The position numbers were made by a program, and so were the translations under genes. From Sumerlaeia bacterium (lineage in GTDB: Bacteria > Sumerlaeota > Sumerlaeia > SLMS01 > JAHLLQ01), in NCBI GenBank assembly GCA_040219255.1, contig JAVJSW010000056.1, positions 1-64,000 of the forward strand: a stretch of DNA of 64,000 nucleotides, in the 5' to 3' direction. Under the pieces are notes generated by a model, which worked only from the letters and a program-made list of their open reading frames with translations, had not been told where the DNA came from and ran no database searches. Below, one piece after another: positions 27,330 to 35,883 of the stretch (the first letter of the stretch is position 1; each line of letters starts with the position of its first letter).

Positions 27330-29534
27330 ATGACGAAAAAGAATCTTTGGAGTGCCGCGCTCATTGCCGCGGCCACCGGGCTGGCGGCAAACGCTGGCGC
27401 TGCCGTTCTCATCACGGAAGTCGCCGATCCGAACAACGAATTCAATGACCGCTTCGTCGAGCTGTACAACACGGACGCTGTATCCGTGGACGTCACCGGC
27501 TGGGCGCTTCGCCTGTATTCCAACGGTGGCCTGACACCCGGCACCACATTCACCTTCCCCGCCACGACGACGATTCCCGCCCATGGCTTCCTCCTGATTG
27601 GCGGAAACAGCTTCGGCGTGAACTTCAGTTCTTCCCTGGCGGACCTGAACTCTGGCGTCATCAACTCCAACGGTGACGACGTTTATGAACTGATCGACGG
27701 CAGCCTGGCCGTTGTCGACGTGTTCGGCGAAGTCGGTGTCGATGGCACCGGAACCGTCTGGGAGTACGAGGATGGCCGCGCCGAGCGCAAAGACACCATC
27801 ACCAGCGGCAACGCCACCTTCGATCCCAATGAGTGGAACATCGACAGCGATGCTCCCACTGGCGATGGACCTCAAGACTCCCCTGGCGGCTTTGATCCGA
27901 AAGTCTGGATCGGTGAAGTCGTGGTGCCTTCCACCGGTGTGACCCTCGACGGTACCCTCGACGTGGGCGAAGGCTACATCACCATCGAGGAAGTGGACCC
28001 GACTCTGCGCGAGGGCTTCGGCTCCGCGATCGACGCCTCCGGCTCGTACTACACGTCCGACACGCTGAACCACTACTTCTTCATCCGTGGCAAGCTCGAC
28101 ACCGGCAACAGCAACGGCATCCTGACCTTCATCGATTTCGAGTCCACCAGCGGCCTGTCCGCCGGCACCGATGCCACGGTGGGCGGCGGCGGTCACGCCC
28201 TCGGCCAAACCGGCAACGCCTTCCAGATGGACGTCGAATACGACTTCGCCTTCGCCGCCAACCCCGGTGGCGGCGCGACCAACGTGTTCGTCGATTTCGT
28301 CGATTACGCGACGCCTCTGACCGAGTTCGCCGGCTCTGTGGCGCAGGACGGTTCGACCACGGCCTCGACCTCCAATGGTATCTCCTTCGCCTTCAACAAC
28401 GGCGGCGGTCTCGACCAGGGCTTTGAAATCTGCATCCCGGACTCGATCATCAGCTCGGCGCCCAGCGACCTCATCAAGGTCTTCGCGGTCGTCGCCAGCA
28501 ACACCGCCTTCTTCTCGAACGACTCCGTTCCCGCCAACATCGGCTCCGCCAACGTCGAGAACGCTCCGAACTTCCTGACTGGTATCTCCGGCGTTCAGGC
28601 CCGTGCCCTGGAAGTCAGCGGCGACTACCTGCCCCGCGTCCAGAGCGCCTACGCCTTCAATGGCCAGGTCATCGCGAACTACGACTCGAACCCGCTCTTC
28701 AACCTGGCTTTCGGATCTGATTTCGACATCTGGCTCAACGGCGCCACCGCCGCCGCCACGAACCCCGTCACCAGCGGCGCCACCGGCGGCGCCGTCGATG
28801 TGGCTGCTCTGCCCACCACCAGCGACACCACGGGGGACGTCTTCGGTGACTTCTTCTACGCCACCGACGTCGAGTTCTACGCCTACCCGAACATCAGCCT
28901 GATCCAGGACGGCACCATCGCCACCGGCACACCGGTCGGTGTTTTCGCTACCGTGACGGGCATCACGTCGCCCTCCGGCGGCAACGACGCGGACGGCGAC
29001 GGTGACGGCGACTACGCCATCGCCGACGCTTCCGGCGCCTACAATGGCATCATCGTCGATGACGGCGGCGTGACCACCCCGGTTCTGAACAACGACATCG
29101 AGATCAACGGCACCGTGGGCGACCGCTTCGGCATGACCTACCTCGACGTGAACAGCGCCGGTCAGTTCATCGACCTCGGCGCCGGCACCGCCATCGCCCC
29201 GGTCATTGTGGCCGCCGCCGATTTCGCCGCCACGAATACCACCAACAGCCTCCCGGCCGAGCAGTACGAAGGCGTCCTGATCGAAATCCAGGGCCTGAAC
29301 GCTCCGGCTGCGGAATCCTTCGGCGAGTACCGCTTCGCCGAGAACGTCAAGACCGACGATCACCTGTACAACCCGAACGCCCGCTACACCGCGGCCGGCG
29401 CGGGCGCGACCTGGAACATCACCGGGATCGGCACCTTCAGCTTCGGCGAGTACAAGATTTGGCCGCGTTCGAACGCCGACATCGTCGGCTTCGGCGGCGC
29501 CAACGTCTCCGACTGGATGTTGATCGAAGACTAA
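27330..29534 (+). CDS. Secreted lamin-tail-domain (LTD) protein with C-terminal OB-fold-like modules and an NVSDWMLIED tail
   Basis: GGAGG RBS, signal peptide; LITEVADP..FVELYN..VDVTGW; AEQYEGVLI..FGEY..SFGEYKIWPR. Confidence 0.8.
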   Translation: MTKKNLWSAALIAAATGLAANAGAAVLITEVADPNNEFNDRFVELYNTDAVSVDVTGWALRLYSNGGLTPGTTFTFPATTTIPAHGFLLIGGNSFGVNFSSSLADLNSGVINSNGDDVYELIDGSLAVVDVFGEVGVDGTGTVWEYEDGRAERKDTITSGNATFDPNEWNIDSDAPTGDGPQDSPGGFDPKVWIGEVVVPSTGVTLDGTLDVGEGYITIEEVDPTLREGFGSAIDASGSYYTSDTLNHYFFIRGKLDTGNSNGILTFIDFESTSGLSAGTDATVGGGGHALGQTGNAFQMDVEYDFAFAANPGGGATNVFVDFVDYATPLTEFAGSVAQDGSTTASTSNGISFAFNNGGGLDQGFEICIPDSIISSAPSDLIKVFAVVASNTAFFSNDSVPANIGSANVENAPNFLTGISGVQARALEVSGDYLPRVQSAYAFNGQVIANYDSNPLFNLAFGSDFDIWLNGATAAATNPVTSGATGGAVDVAALPTTSDTTGDVFGDFFYATDVEFYAYPNISLIQDGTIATGTPVGVFATVTGITSPSGGNDADGDGDGDYAIADASGAYNGIIVDDGGVTTPVLNNDIEINGTVGDRFGMTYLDVNSAGQFIDLGAGTAIAPVIVAAADFAATNTTNSLPAEQYEGVLIEIQGLNAPAAESFGEYRFAENVKTDDHLYNPNARYTAAGAGATWNITGIGTFSFGEYKIWPRSNADIVGFGGANVSDWMLIED

Positions 29535-29597
29535 CCCTTTCCCGCCAGACCCCGCTCGGCAGGCTCTTGGCTGACCGGACGGGAATCAAGGCACTCG

Positions 29598-29644
29598 ATC
29601 CCCTCCATCCGGCATCGCGCCAGTGGAGGGGATTCTTCGTTTTT
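29598..29644 (+). terminator. Rho-independent terminator after the LTD gene
   Basis: ATCCCCTCCA/TGGAGGGGAT stem followed by TCTTCGTTTTT. Confidence 0.6.
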
Positions 29645-29720
29645 ATAGGGCGCGGGGATCGCTTTGTCTCTCGTGGCGCCGTGGGTTTTGACGGCGGATT
29701 CTCGACGGATGGATTGACCG

Positions 29721-31187
29721 ATGCTTGGATTGAGACTTTTCCTGTTTGGCCTTTGCGGCTGTCTGATGGCCGTTCCCCGGCCGCTGGCGGCCGCCTCGCC
29801 GGGCTCGACTTACGAGGGCCTGATCGTGGTCCTGCCTCCGGCGGACAGCACGGCGCCGGTGGCCCGCCGATTCGCCAGCGACCACCTGCCGGGCATCGAA
29901 ACCACCGCCGCCGAGTTGGGCATGGACCTGCGCCAAATCGATCCAGCCGCCGCCGGGGTGCCCGCGGAGGTACACCTGGCGCCGGTGGTTCTGTACCAAA
30001 ACGCGCGGGGCCGGTCGATTTTCCAGGGCCGCTACGCCGACCCCGGCAAGATCGCCCACTTCGCCCGCACGGTGCGTTTCGTGCCGCAGGGCGCCGGCGA
30101 AATCGTGCGCCCGGACGCAGCCGTTCGCCAGCACGGGCGAGCCAAGGTGGCGGCTCTGTTGAAGATCACGCCGCTCACCGGCGCCCTTCCGGCGGGGCAT
30201 GACGAGGAAGACTTTCAAGAGGCGGCCCGCGCGGCGTTCTTCGCGGGGCTGGAGGGCTTCGCTCGCCAATCCGGGGCGCGCCTCTCGCGCAGCGACCGCA
30301 CCTTCTATTTCGACGTGCATCCCTATGTGGACGGCGAGGGGCGGCTGTTCCTGGGCGCGGAGATTTACTCGCAGTTCAACTGTCACGTGCCGGTCTATTC
30401 GGCGCTGAGCCAGCCCCACGCGGGCTCCTGGGCGGCGTGGCGGGAAGAACTGGGGGCCTTGGCGGGTAAGCTGGTTGTGGAACTCGATCGCATCATCGCG
30501 GAGTCGGAGTTGGGCGATGGCTTCGTAGCGCTGCCCGGCGGCCTCGCCGCGCCGGGCTGGGAGGCGTTGGGACTGGCGCTGCCAGAGAACTCGGCCGATA
30601 GCATGGCGAGTTTTCCCGCTGGCGGCGCCGTAAAGGCTCGCAAGTGGACCTCGGCCGGGGATTCGGCGAACGGCGTTCCTCCGATTCAGTTCCGCTTTCC
30701 GCCCCCGCTGGACAACTACGCGGGCGTCCTGCCGGAAGTGAAGGCAGAGCTTCGCCTGACCCGCGACCGCGGGCTCGGGGGAGCCTCCGGCTGGGTCGAG
30801 GCCGAGGCGAAGCGGGTGACGCTCGGCGAACCGGGACTCGACGACACCGTCCACAGTGAAGCGTTGATGGTGGGCGATTATCCCAAAGCCCGGTTTGATC
30901 TGGACCGTCTGGAGCCGGAAACGGACGAACCGTTGAAACTGGGCGAGGCCGCCCGGGCGGTCGGCTCGGGCCAACTGACCATGGCGGGTCAGAGCGCCCT
31001 CCTGAGCGGTATCCGGGCGGAAATCCTGCCGGTGCTGACGCAAGCGGGCGAGGAGCGGCTCGAGGTCACCGCTTCGTTCCAGGTGCGCCTACTCGAGCCC
31101 TACGGCATCTATGGGCCGGACGGTCCGGACCCGGCCAACGACACGCTGGAGTTCCTGGTGACGCTGACGATGGAACCGCAGGGGTGA
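29721..31187 (+). CDS. Secreted protein with a C-terminal YceI-like domain
   Basis: Signal peptide; VTLGEPGLDDTVHSEALMVGDYPKARF..GQLTMAG..YGIYGP. Confidence 0.65.
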   Translation: MLGLRLFLFGLCGCLMAVPRPLAAASPGSTYEGLIVVLPPADSTAPVARRFASDHLPGIETTAAELGMDLRQIDPAAAGVPAEVHLAPVVLYQNARGRSIFQGRYADPGKIAHFARTVRFVPQGAGEIVRPDAAVRQHGRAKVAALLKITPLTGALPAGHDEEDFQEAARAAFFAGLEGFARQSGARLSRSDRTFYFDVHPYVDGEGRLFLGAEIYSQFNCHVPVYSALSQPHAGSWAAWREELGALAGKLVVELDRIIAESELGDGFVALPGGLAAPGWEALGLALPENSADSMASFPAGGAVKARKWTSAGDSANGVPPIQFRFPPPLDNYAGVLPEVKAELRLTRDRGLGGASGWVEAEAKRVTLGEPGLDDTVHSEALMVGDYPKARFDLDRLEPETDEPLKLGEAARAVGSGQLTMAGQSALLSGIRAEILPVLTQAGEERLEVTASFQVRLLEPYGIYGPDGPDPANDTLEFLVTLTMEPQG

Positions 31188-31191
31188 GGCG

Positions 31192-32091
31192 TTACTCGGC
31201 GGGCTGGGTCGCGGGTTTTTCTTCCTCGGCGTCTCCGTCCGGTCCGACGGGAACGGCCTGCTGGCCGGGCTCCTTGAGCTGGATGCGCACGCCCTCGGTC
31301 TGATTGCGGCGCCATCCCATCGGTTGTTCGCCCTGCTCGGCGTTCTCGCCCATCTGGGCGCGGCGGTTGATCATGCGGATCATGCGGGGATTCAGGGTGG
31401 ATTCGAAGGTCACCGTGACCGGCTCGGCGATGGAACGCGGATCGTCGGGGTTGTAGGGATGGTACATTTCGTAGTCGGCACGGCGCAGCTCGCTCTTGCC
31501 CTTGATAGTCATCTGGTTGTTTTCGCGGGTGACGTCAAAGCTGACCGGCGCCGGCTTCTCCAGGCCGAGGAGCGACACGGTGGCGGTGCCGACGTACTTT
31601 TCCTGGCCCTCCATCGCTTCCGGGTCGGCTTTCACGTCGTGGATTTTGACGGTCGCTTTGGGGAACTTCTCAACGTCGAAGAAGTCGGCGCTCTGCAGGT
31701 GGCCAGTCAGCTTGTCGTTGTCGCTGGTCAGGCTGGTCAGATCGACCTCGAGGGTGGCGGAGCCGCCTTCGAAGGTGTCGCCGGGCATTTCGATGGCCTT
31801 GAAGGTCCAGCGCTCGAAGCCGCCGGTGTGGCCGCTGCCGTTGACCTTGGCGGCGGACCATTCGAGTTTGCCGGGGTTGAGCATCTGGGCGCGCTGCATG
31901 CGCGGCGAGCGCTGTTCGCCGGGAACGATCTGGGCTTCGCCGGGGGCGGACGGGGCGCGGTCGCGGACGCGCTCGCGCTGGAACTGCACCGGTTGGGATT
32001 CCGCGTCCTGGGCGAAGGCGGGTTGCGCCACAACGGCGCAGGCGAAAAGGGCGGGCGCCGCGGCGGCGGCGAGAAGGGAACGTCGAATCAT
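31192..32091 (-). CDS. YceI family periplasmic protein
   Basis: Signal peptide; WSAAKV..HTGGF, LTGHLQSADFFDVEKFPKAT. Confidence 0.88.
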   Translation of the reverse strand: MIRRSLLAAAAAPALFACAVVAQPAFAQDAESQPVQFQRERVRDRAPSAPGEAQIVPGEQRSPRMQRAQMLNPGKLEWSAAKVNGSGHTGGFERWTFKAIEMPGDTFEGGSATLEVDLTSLTSDNDKLTGHLQSADFFDVEKFPKATVKIHDVKADPEAMEGQEKYVGTATVSLLGLEKPAPVSFDVTRENNQMTIKGKSELRRADYEMYHPYNPDDPRSIAEPVTVTFESTLNPRMIRMINRRAQMGENAEQGEQPMGWRRNQTEGVRIQLKEPGQQAVPVGPDGDAEEEKPATQPAE

Positions 32092-32177
32092 AGGGGGTGA
32101 CTCCTGTATTCTAAAGTCAGTGAGGGTGATGTCTCGTTTGGGATCGGATGAGTTGGAGCAAAGGTCGAGCCGTAGCG

Positions 32178-32897
32178 TCAGCCCCGAACCAACAGAGCCC
32201 AAAGCGCCCCCGCCAGCACACCGCCAGCGAGACCCCCCACCACCGGAATCCAGGCGTAACTCCAATCGCTGTCGCGTTTGCCGCCGGGCAGGGGTAGCAG
32301 CGCGTGCATGACGCGGGGGCCCAGATCGCGCGCCGGGTTGATCGCGTATCCCGTGGTGCCGCCGAGCGCCACGCCGATCACCAGCACCGTCAGGCCCACC
32401 GGCAGCGCGTCCAGCGCCCCCAGCCCATCGGACGGATTGTCGACCATGTTGAACACCGCGAAGACCAGCACGAAGGTGCCGAGGATCTCGGATACGAGAT
32501 TGTGCCTCGGACACCGGATCGCCGGGCTGGTGCAGAAAGTCGCCAGCTTCAGGTTGGTGTCTTCCGTGGGCCCGTAGTGTTGCCAGTAAAAGATCGAGGC
32601 CAGCGTGGTGCCAAAGGCCGCGCCCAGGAACTGGAAGGCCATGTAGGGCAGCACCTGAGCCCAATCGAAATGGCCGCCGAAGGCCAGCCCCACCGTGACC
32701 GCCGGGTTCAGGTGGGCGCCGCTGAAGCGCCCGACGCAGAAGACCGCCAGAAACACCGCCAGACCCCAGCCGACGTTGATGCCGAGGAAGCCCACGCCGT
32801 GGCCCTTGGTCTTGCTCAGGAGCATGTTGCAGTTCGTGCCGTTGCCGACAAACAGGAGGATCGCGGTGCCGATGAACTCGGCCAGGTACGGGGTCAT
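32178..32897 (-). CDS. glpF: MIP family channel, glycerol uptake facilitator type
   Basis: AEFIGT, SGAHLNPAVT, GYAINPARDLGPR. Confidence 0.88.
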   Translation of the reverse strand: MTPYLAEFIGTAILLFVGNGTNCNMLLSKTKGHGVGFLGINVGWGLAVFLAVFCVGRFSGAHLNPAVTVGLAFGGHFDWAQVLPYMAFQFLGAAFGTTLASIFYWQHYGPTEDTNLKLATFCTSPAIRCPRHNLVSEILGTFVLVFAVFNMVDNPSDGLGALDALPVGLTVLVIGVALGGTTGYAINPARDLGPRVMHALLPLPGGKRDSDWSYAWIPVVGGLAGGVLAGALWALLVRG

Positions 32898-33122
32898 AGC
32901 GGGTCGGTTCTCGATCGAAGCAATGGGGAGCGACAAAGTCGGAATTCCATCGGCGAGCGAACCAGCAGGCCATGAGGCGTGCAAAGCGGGAAAGTGTGGA
33001 CCTGGGTATTCTTTCAGCGCTTTCGTTTCGCAAACCATTCCAGGCAAAAGGAAATCATTGATCCCGAAAGTCAGGCCGGGCATGCCTTTTCAATCTATGG
33101 CAAGCCCCCAGGAGTTGCCCCC

Positions 33123-34502
33123 ATGCCCGTTTCACTTTCCGCCGCCGCTCGCGCGGCGATGCTCGGTCTCTGCACGATGACCGCTGTGCCCGCCGTCTCC
33201 GCGCCGCTGCCGGAAGAACGCATCGCCGACGACCCGGAATTGACCCGCATGGTGGAGGAAACGCGCGCCGAATTTCTCGCCCGGCGCCCCTTCGACCGGC
33301 TCAATGCCACGGTTCTCATTCCCTCTCCCGAGGGCGGCGGCACCTGGCTGCGGGGTTCCTACGGAGCGGACGAACTTCAGTACCCCGCCAGTTGCGTCAA
33401 GCTCCCGTTCCTGGCCGCCGCCATGCACTGGAGCCGCGAAAACGGCCTGCCCTACGATCACCTCGACGAGCACCTGCGCCCCATGATCGAGGTGTCGGAC
33501 AATGTAGCCACCGGCCACGTGATGGACGCGATTTCCGGCACCACCAATTTCCAGGAGGGCGAAACCGGCGCACCGCCCTATGGCGAATGGCTCGAAATGC
33601 GCCGCTACGCCGAGCGCGCCCTGGCTTCTCGCGGCTTGCTGGGCAATCAGTCGATGGTCACCAAGACCTACCCGACCAACACCGGCGACACGCCCAATGG
33701 CTACGAGGGCAGGGCGCGCGAGGAACTGGGCGCGAACATGCTGCAGGCGGGGCTGTCGGCGTCGTTGATGCTCGACATCGTCACTGGCGGCTGGGAGCAG
33801 GAAGCGACCGAGTACATGGGCTCGCTGCTGGAGCACCCGCGCTACTCGCCGCACAGCGCCTTCGGCCCCGCCATTCCGCCCGGCTCCGTGTACCTGAACA
33901 AGTACGGCGTGGCCTACGACACGCTCGAGGAAATCGCCTACGTCAAATTCCCCAACGGCCGCGAAGCCATCCTGTCGGTCTTCACCAACGGCCGCGATCG
34001 CACGGAAGACGAAGACTATTACGTCACCATGCTGTCGGCCTACGCCGAGCTGGTTTTCGAGCGCCTGGGCATGTACGAGGGCACCGGGCGGATCGTGCTG
34101 GACAACGAGGACGAACAGTTCTCGGCCAGCGGCCCGTTCTCACAGCGCGAGAACAAGGGCGACGGCTACGGCCCCTCCTTCCTCACCGCGCCGGCCAACA
34201 CGGAAGCCTCCGCGGTGGCCCTCTTCGAAGTGCCCGCACCCGGGAAATACGAAGTCTGCGTGTGGTGGAGCGATGGCCCCGACCGCTCCGATGACGCCCG
34301 GTTCACCATCCACCACGACCGCGGCCCGGCGATTTTACCGGTCGATCAGCAGAAGCGGGGCGGAGTCTGGGTCCGGTTGGGCGAATACTCCTTCACCGAA
34401 GGCGGCATGGTCTCAATCGCCCCCGGCGCAAGTTCGCCGGCCGCACTGACCGTCGCCGACGCCATCCGGCTCTTTCCCGCAGCGGAGCCCGACGGGGACT
34501 AG
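33123..34502 (+). CDS. Class A beta-lactamase-like serine hydrolase + C-terminal golvesin/CBM-like domain
   Basis: Signal peptide; PASCVKL (SxxK), SDN, NKYG; IVLDNED..GKYEVCVWW..VDQQKRGGVWVRLG..VADAIR. Confidence 0.8.
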   Translation: MPVSLSAAARAAMLGLCTMTAVPAVSAPLPEERIADDPELTRMVEETRAEFLARRPFDRLNATVLIPSPEGGGTWLRGSYGADELQYPASCVKLPFLAAAMHWSRENGLPYDHLDEHLRPMIEVSDNVATGHVMDAISGTTNFQEGETGAPPYGEWLEMRRYAERALASRGLLGNQSMVTKTYPTNTGDTPNGYEGRAREELGANMLQAGLSASLMLDIVTGGWEQEATEYMGSLLEHPRYSPHSAFGPAIPPGSVYLNKYGVAYDTLEEIAYVKFPNGREAILSVFTNGRDRTEDEDYYVTMLSAYAELVFERLGMYEGTGRIVLDNEDEQFSASGPFSQRENKGDGYGPSFLTAPANTEASAVALFEVPAPGKYEVCVWWSDGPDRSDDARFTIHHDRGPAILPVDQQKRGGVWVRLGEYSFTEGGMVSIAPGASSPAALTVADAIRLFPAAEPDGD

Positions 34503-34519
34503 GACGGACGCGCCGGCCC

Positions 34520-34891
34520 CTACTCCCCCCGCCGGTGATCCTTCAACACCGCCAGCAGCCCCGGAATGCCCGCCATAAAGGTGCTGTTGGGCAGCACCTG
34601 ATCCGCACCGGCACGGCGCGCGTCGCGGATCAGATCGGTCATCACATGGCTGCAAAACCCCACCACGCGCGCCTGCGGAGCCGCCGCCTTCGCCGCCTCG
34701 ATCACCGCGACGGCGTCCGTGCCCTCGCGGTCCAGATCGATCAGGATCAGCTCCAGCCGAGGTCCCACCTCCGCCACGCGCGCGGCGAATTGCTCGTCGG
34801 AGGCCACATGCGCGGTCTCCACCGCATAGTGGGTCGCGGCAAGATCGATGCGGCTGCGGACGAGGAGGTCGGGGGTGTAGGCGAGGAGCAT
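34520..34891 (-). CDS. Stand-alone atypical receiver-domain protein
   Basis: ILIDLD, GFCSH, ARRAGADQV; conserved Lys absent. Confidence 0.65.
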   Translation of the reverse strand: MLLAYTPDLLVRSRIDLAATHYAVETAHVASDEQFAARVAEVGPRLELILIDLDREGTDAVAVIEAAKAAAPQARVVGFCSHVMTDLIRDARRAGADQVLPNSTFMAGIPGLLAVLKDHRRGE

Positions 34892-35172
34892 CAGGAGGAG
34901 GAGGCCGTACTTCTCCGCGCGTGGAATTCAGACAGGGAGCCTGTGGACGACTTGCGAAGTTCTTCCAGCTTTTTTGCCAGACGATCGGGCCAGTCCGACT
35001 GAGGGGCGCCACTGATGATCGGTTCCGCCACGGGAATTCCAGGATTGGCGAGAGCCAGAATTTCGAGCGCGAGTTCTTCCCAGAGACCGTAGGTCAGCCG
35101 GTTCTCGTCCTCAGCCCGATGAATCCGAGCGAAGAGCCGTTGAATCGCTTGCAGGCGTTGATCGAAGGTCAT
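34891..35172 (-). CDS. Small helical hypothetical protein (MTFDQRLQAI..., 93 aa)
   Basis: ATGA overlap with the upstream HEXXH gene and TGATG overlap with the downstream receiver gene. Confidence 0.55.
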   Translation of the reverse strand: MTFDQRLQAIQRLFARIHRAEDENRLTYGLWEELALEILALANPGIPVAEPIISGAPQSDWPDRLAKKLEELRKSSTGSLSEFHARRSTASSS

Positions 35173-35735
35173 GGTTTCCAACTCCTGAGGATGCTCAAGG
35201 TGCGCTCTATCAAGATGAACCCACCGGAGTCGCCACCCCGCAGGATCTCGGGATTGATCGCATAGAGTGACAGACATTCGCAATCGTATTCGGATTCGTT
35301 GACTCGGCCGTAGATCGTCATGCAATTCGTCGAGTGGGTTTCGAATGCCCTGGAGATGATGCGGCGAAGCGGGTGGAATTGCGAGGTCAAGTGGTGCCCC
35401 AGCTCGTGGAAGAAGGCGGCGCGAATCGCCTCGCCACGGCTCTGTGCAGCCCAAGGCGCCGCAAAAAACAGTCCCGCCTGCCAATTTCGGCCATAATCCG
35501 GATTGGAGTTCAGTCGAATGGTCTTCTGGGTGCGGTCATACAGCCCGTCGATCCTTTCCCCAAACCGGTCGGCCAGATCAGCGACGATCTCCACGGATTG
35601 TACAGGATGCCGGGACAACGCGGGAATCAGCCCAAGAGCCTCACACTGAAGCGCGCAGTCGCGGAAAACCTGATCGTCGTGCGAGCCGCGACGACACACG
35701 AAATTTATCCAGGGCGATTGGCTCTCGCTGCTCAT
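35169..35735 (-). CDS. Zincin-like HEXXH metallopeptidase-domain protein
   Basis: GLYD..TIRLN, FFHELGHHL, TIYGRVNESEYDCE (resembles the SxYAxxNxxExFAE third-ligand motif). Confidence 0.6.
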   Translation of the reverse strand: MSSESQSPWINFVCRRGSHDDQVFRDCALQCEALGLIPALSRHPVQSVEIVADLADRFGERIDGLYDRTQKTIRLNSNPDYGRNWQAGLFFAAPWAAQSRGEAIRAAFFHELGHHLTSQFHPLRRIISRAFETHSTNCMTIYGRVNESEYDCECLSLYAINPEILRGGDSGGFILIERTLSILRSWKP

Positions 35736-35883
35736 CTTTCTCCCAAGCGAAGGATTTCATGCTTTGCCACGACGTTTCATTTCCCAAGCAAGTCGCGGAA
35801 GCAACAGTTGCCTTTGACCTTGCCGGGTCTTCGTCCGAATCTCTCAAGCCCAGTCACCTGACAGAAGGCTCGCCAGTTACTTC

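Noticed and set aside
31192-33033. 613-aa ORF apparently extending the YceI protein
   Set aside because: The upstream half is an off-frame read of glpF; the real start is 32091, with a signal peptide
33025-33055. GCAAACCATTC resembling a c-di-GMP-I riboswitch
   Set aside because: The GAAA tetraloop, pairing partner and downstream stem are absent
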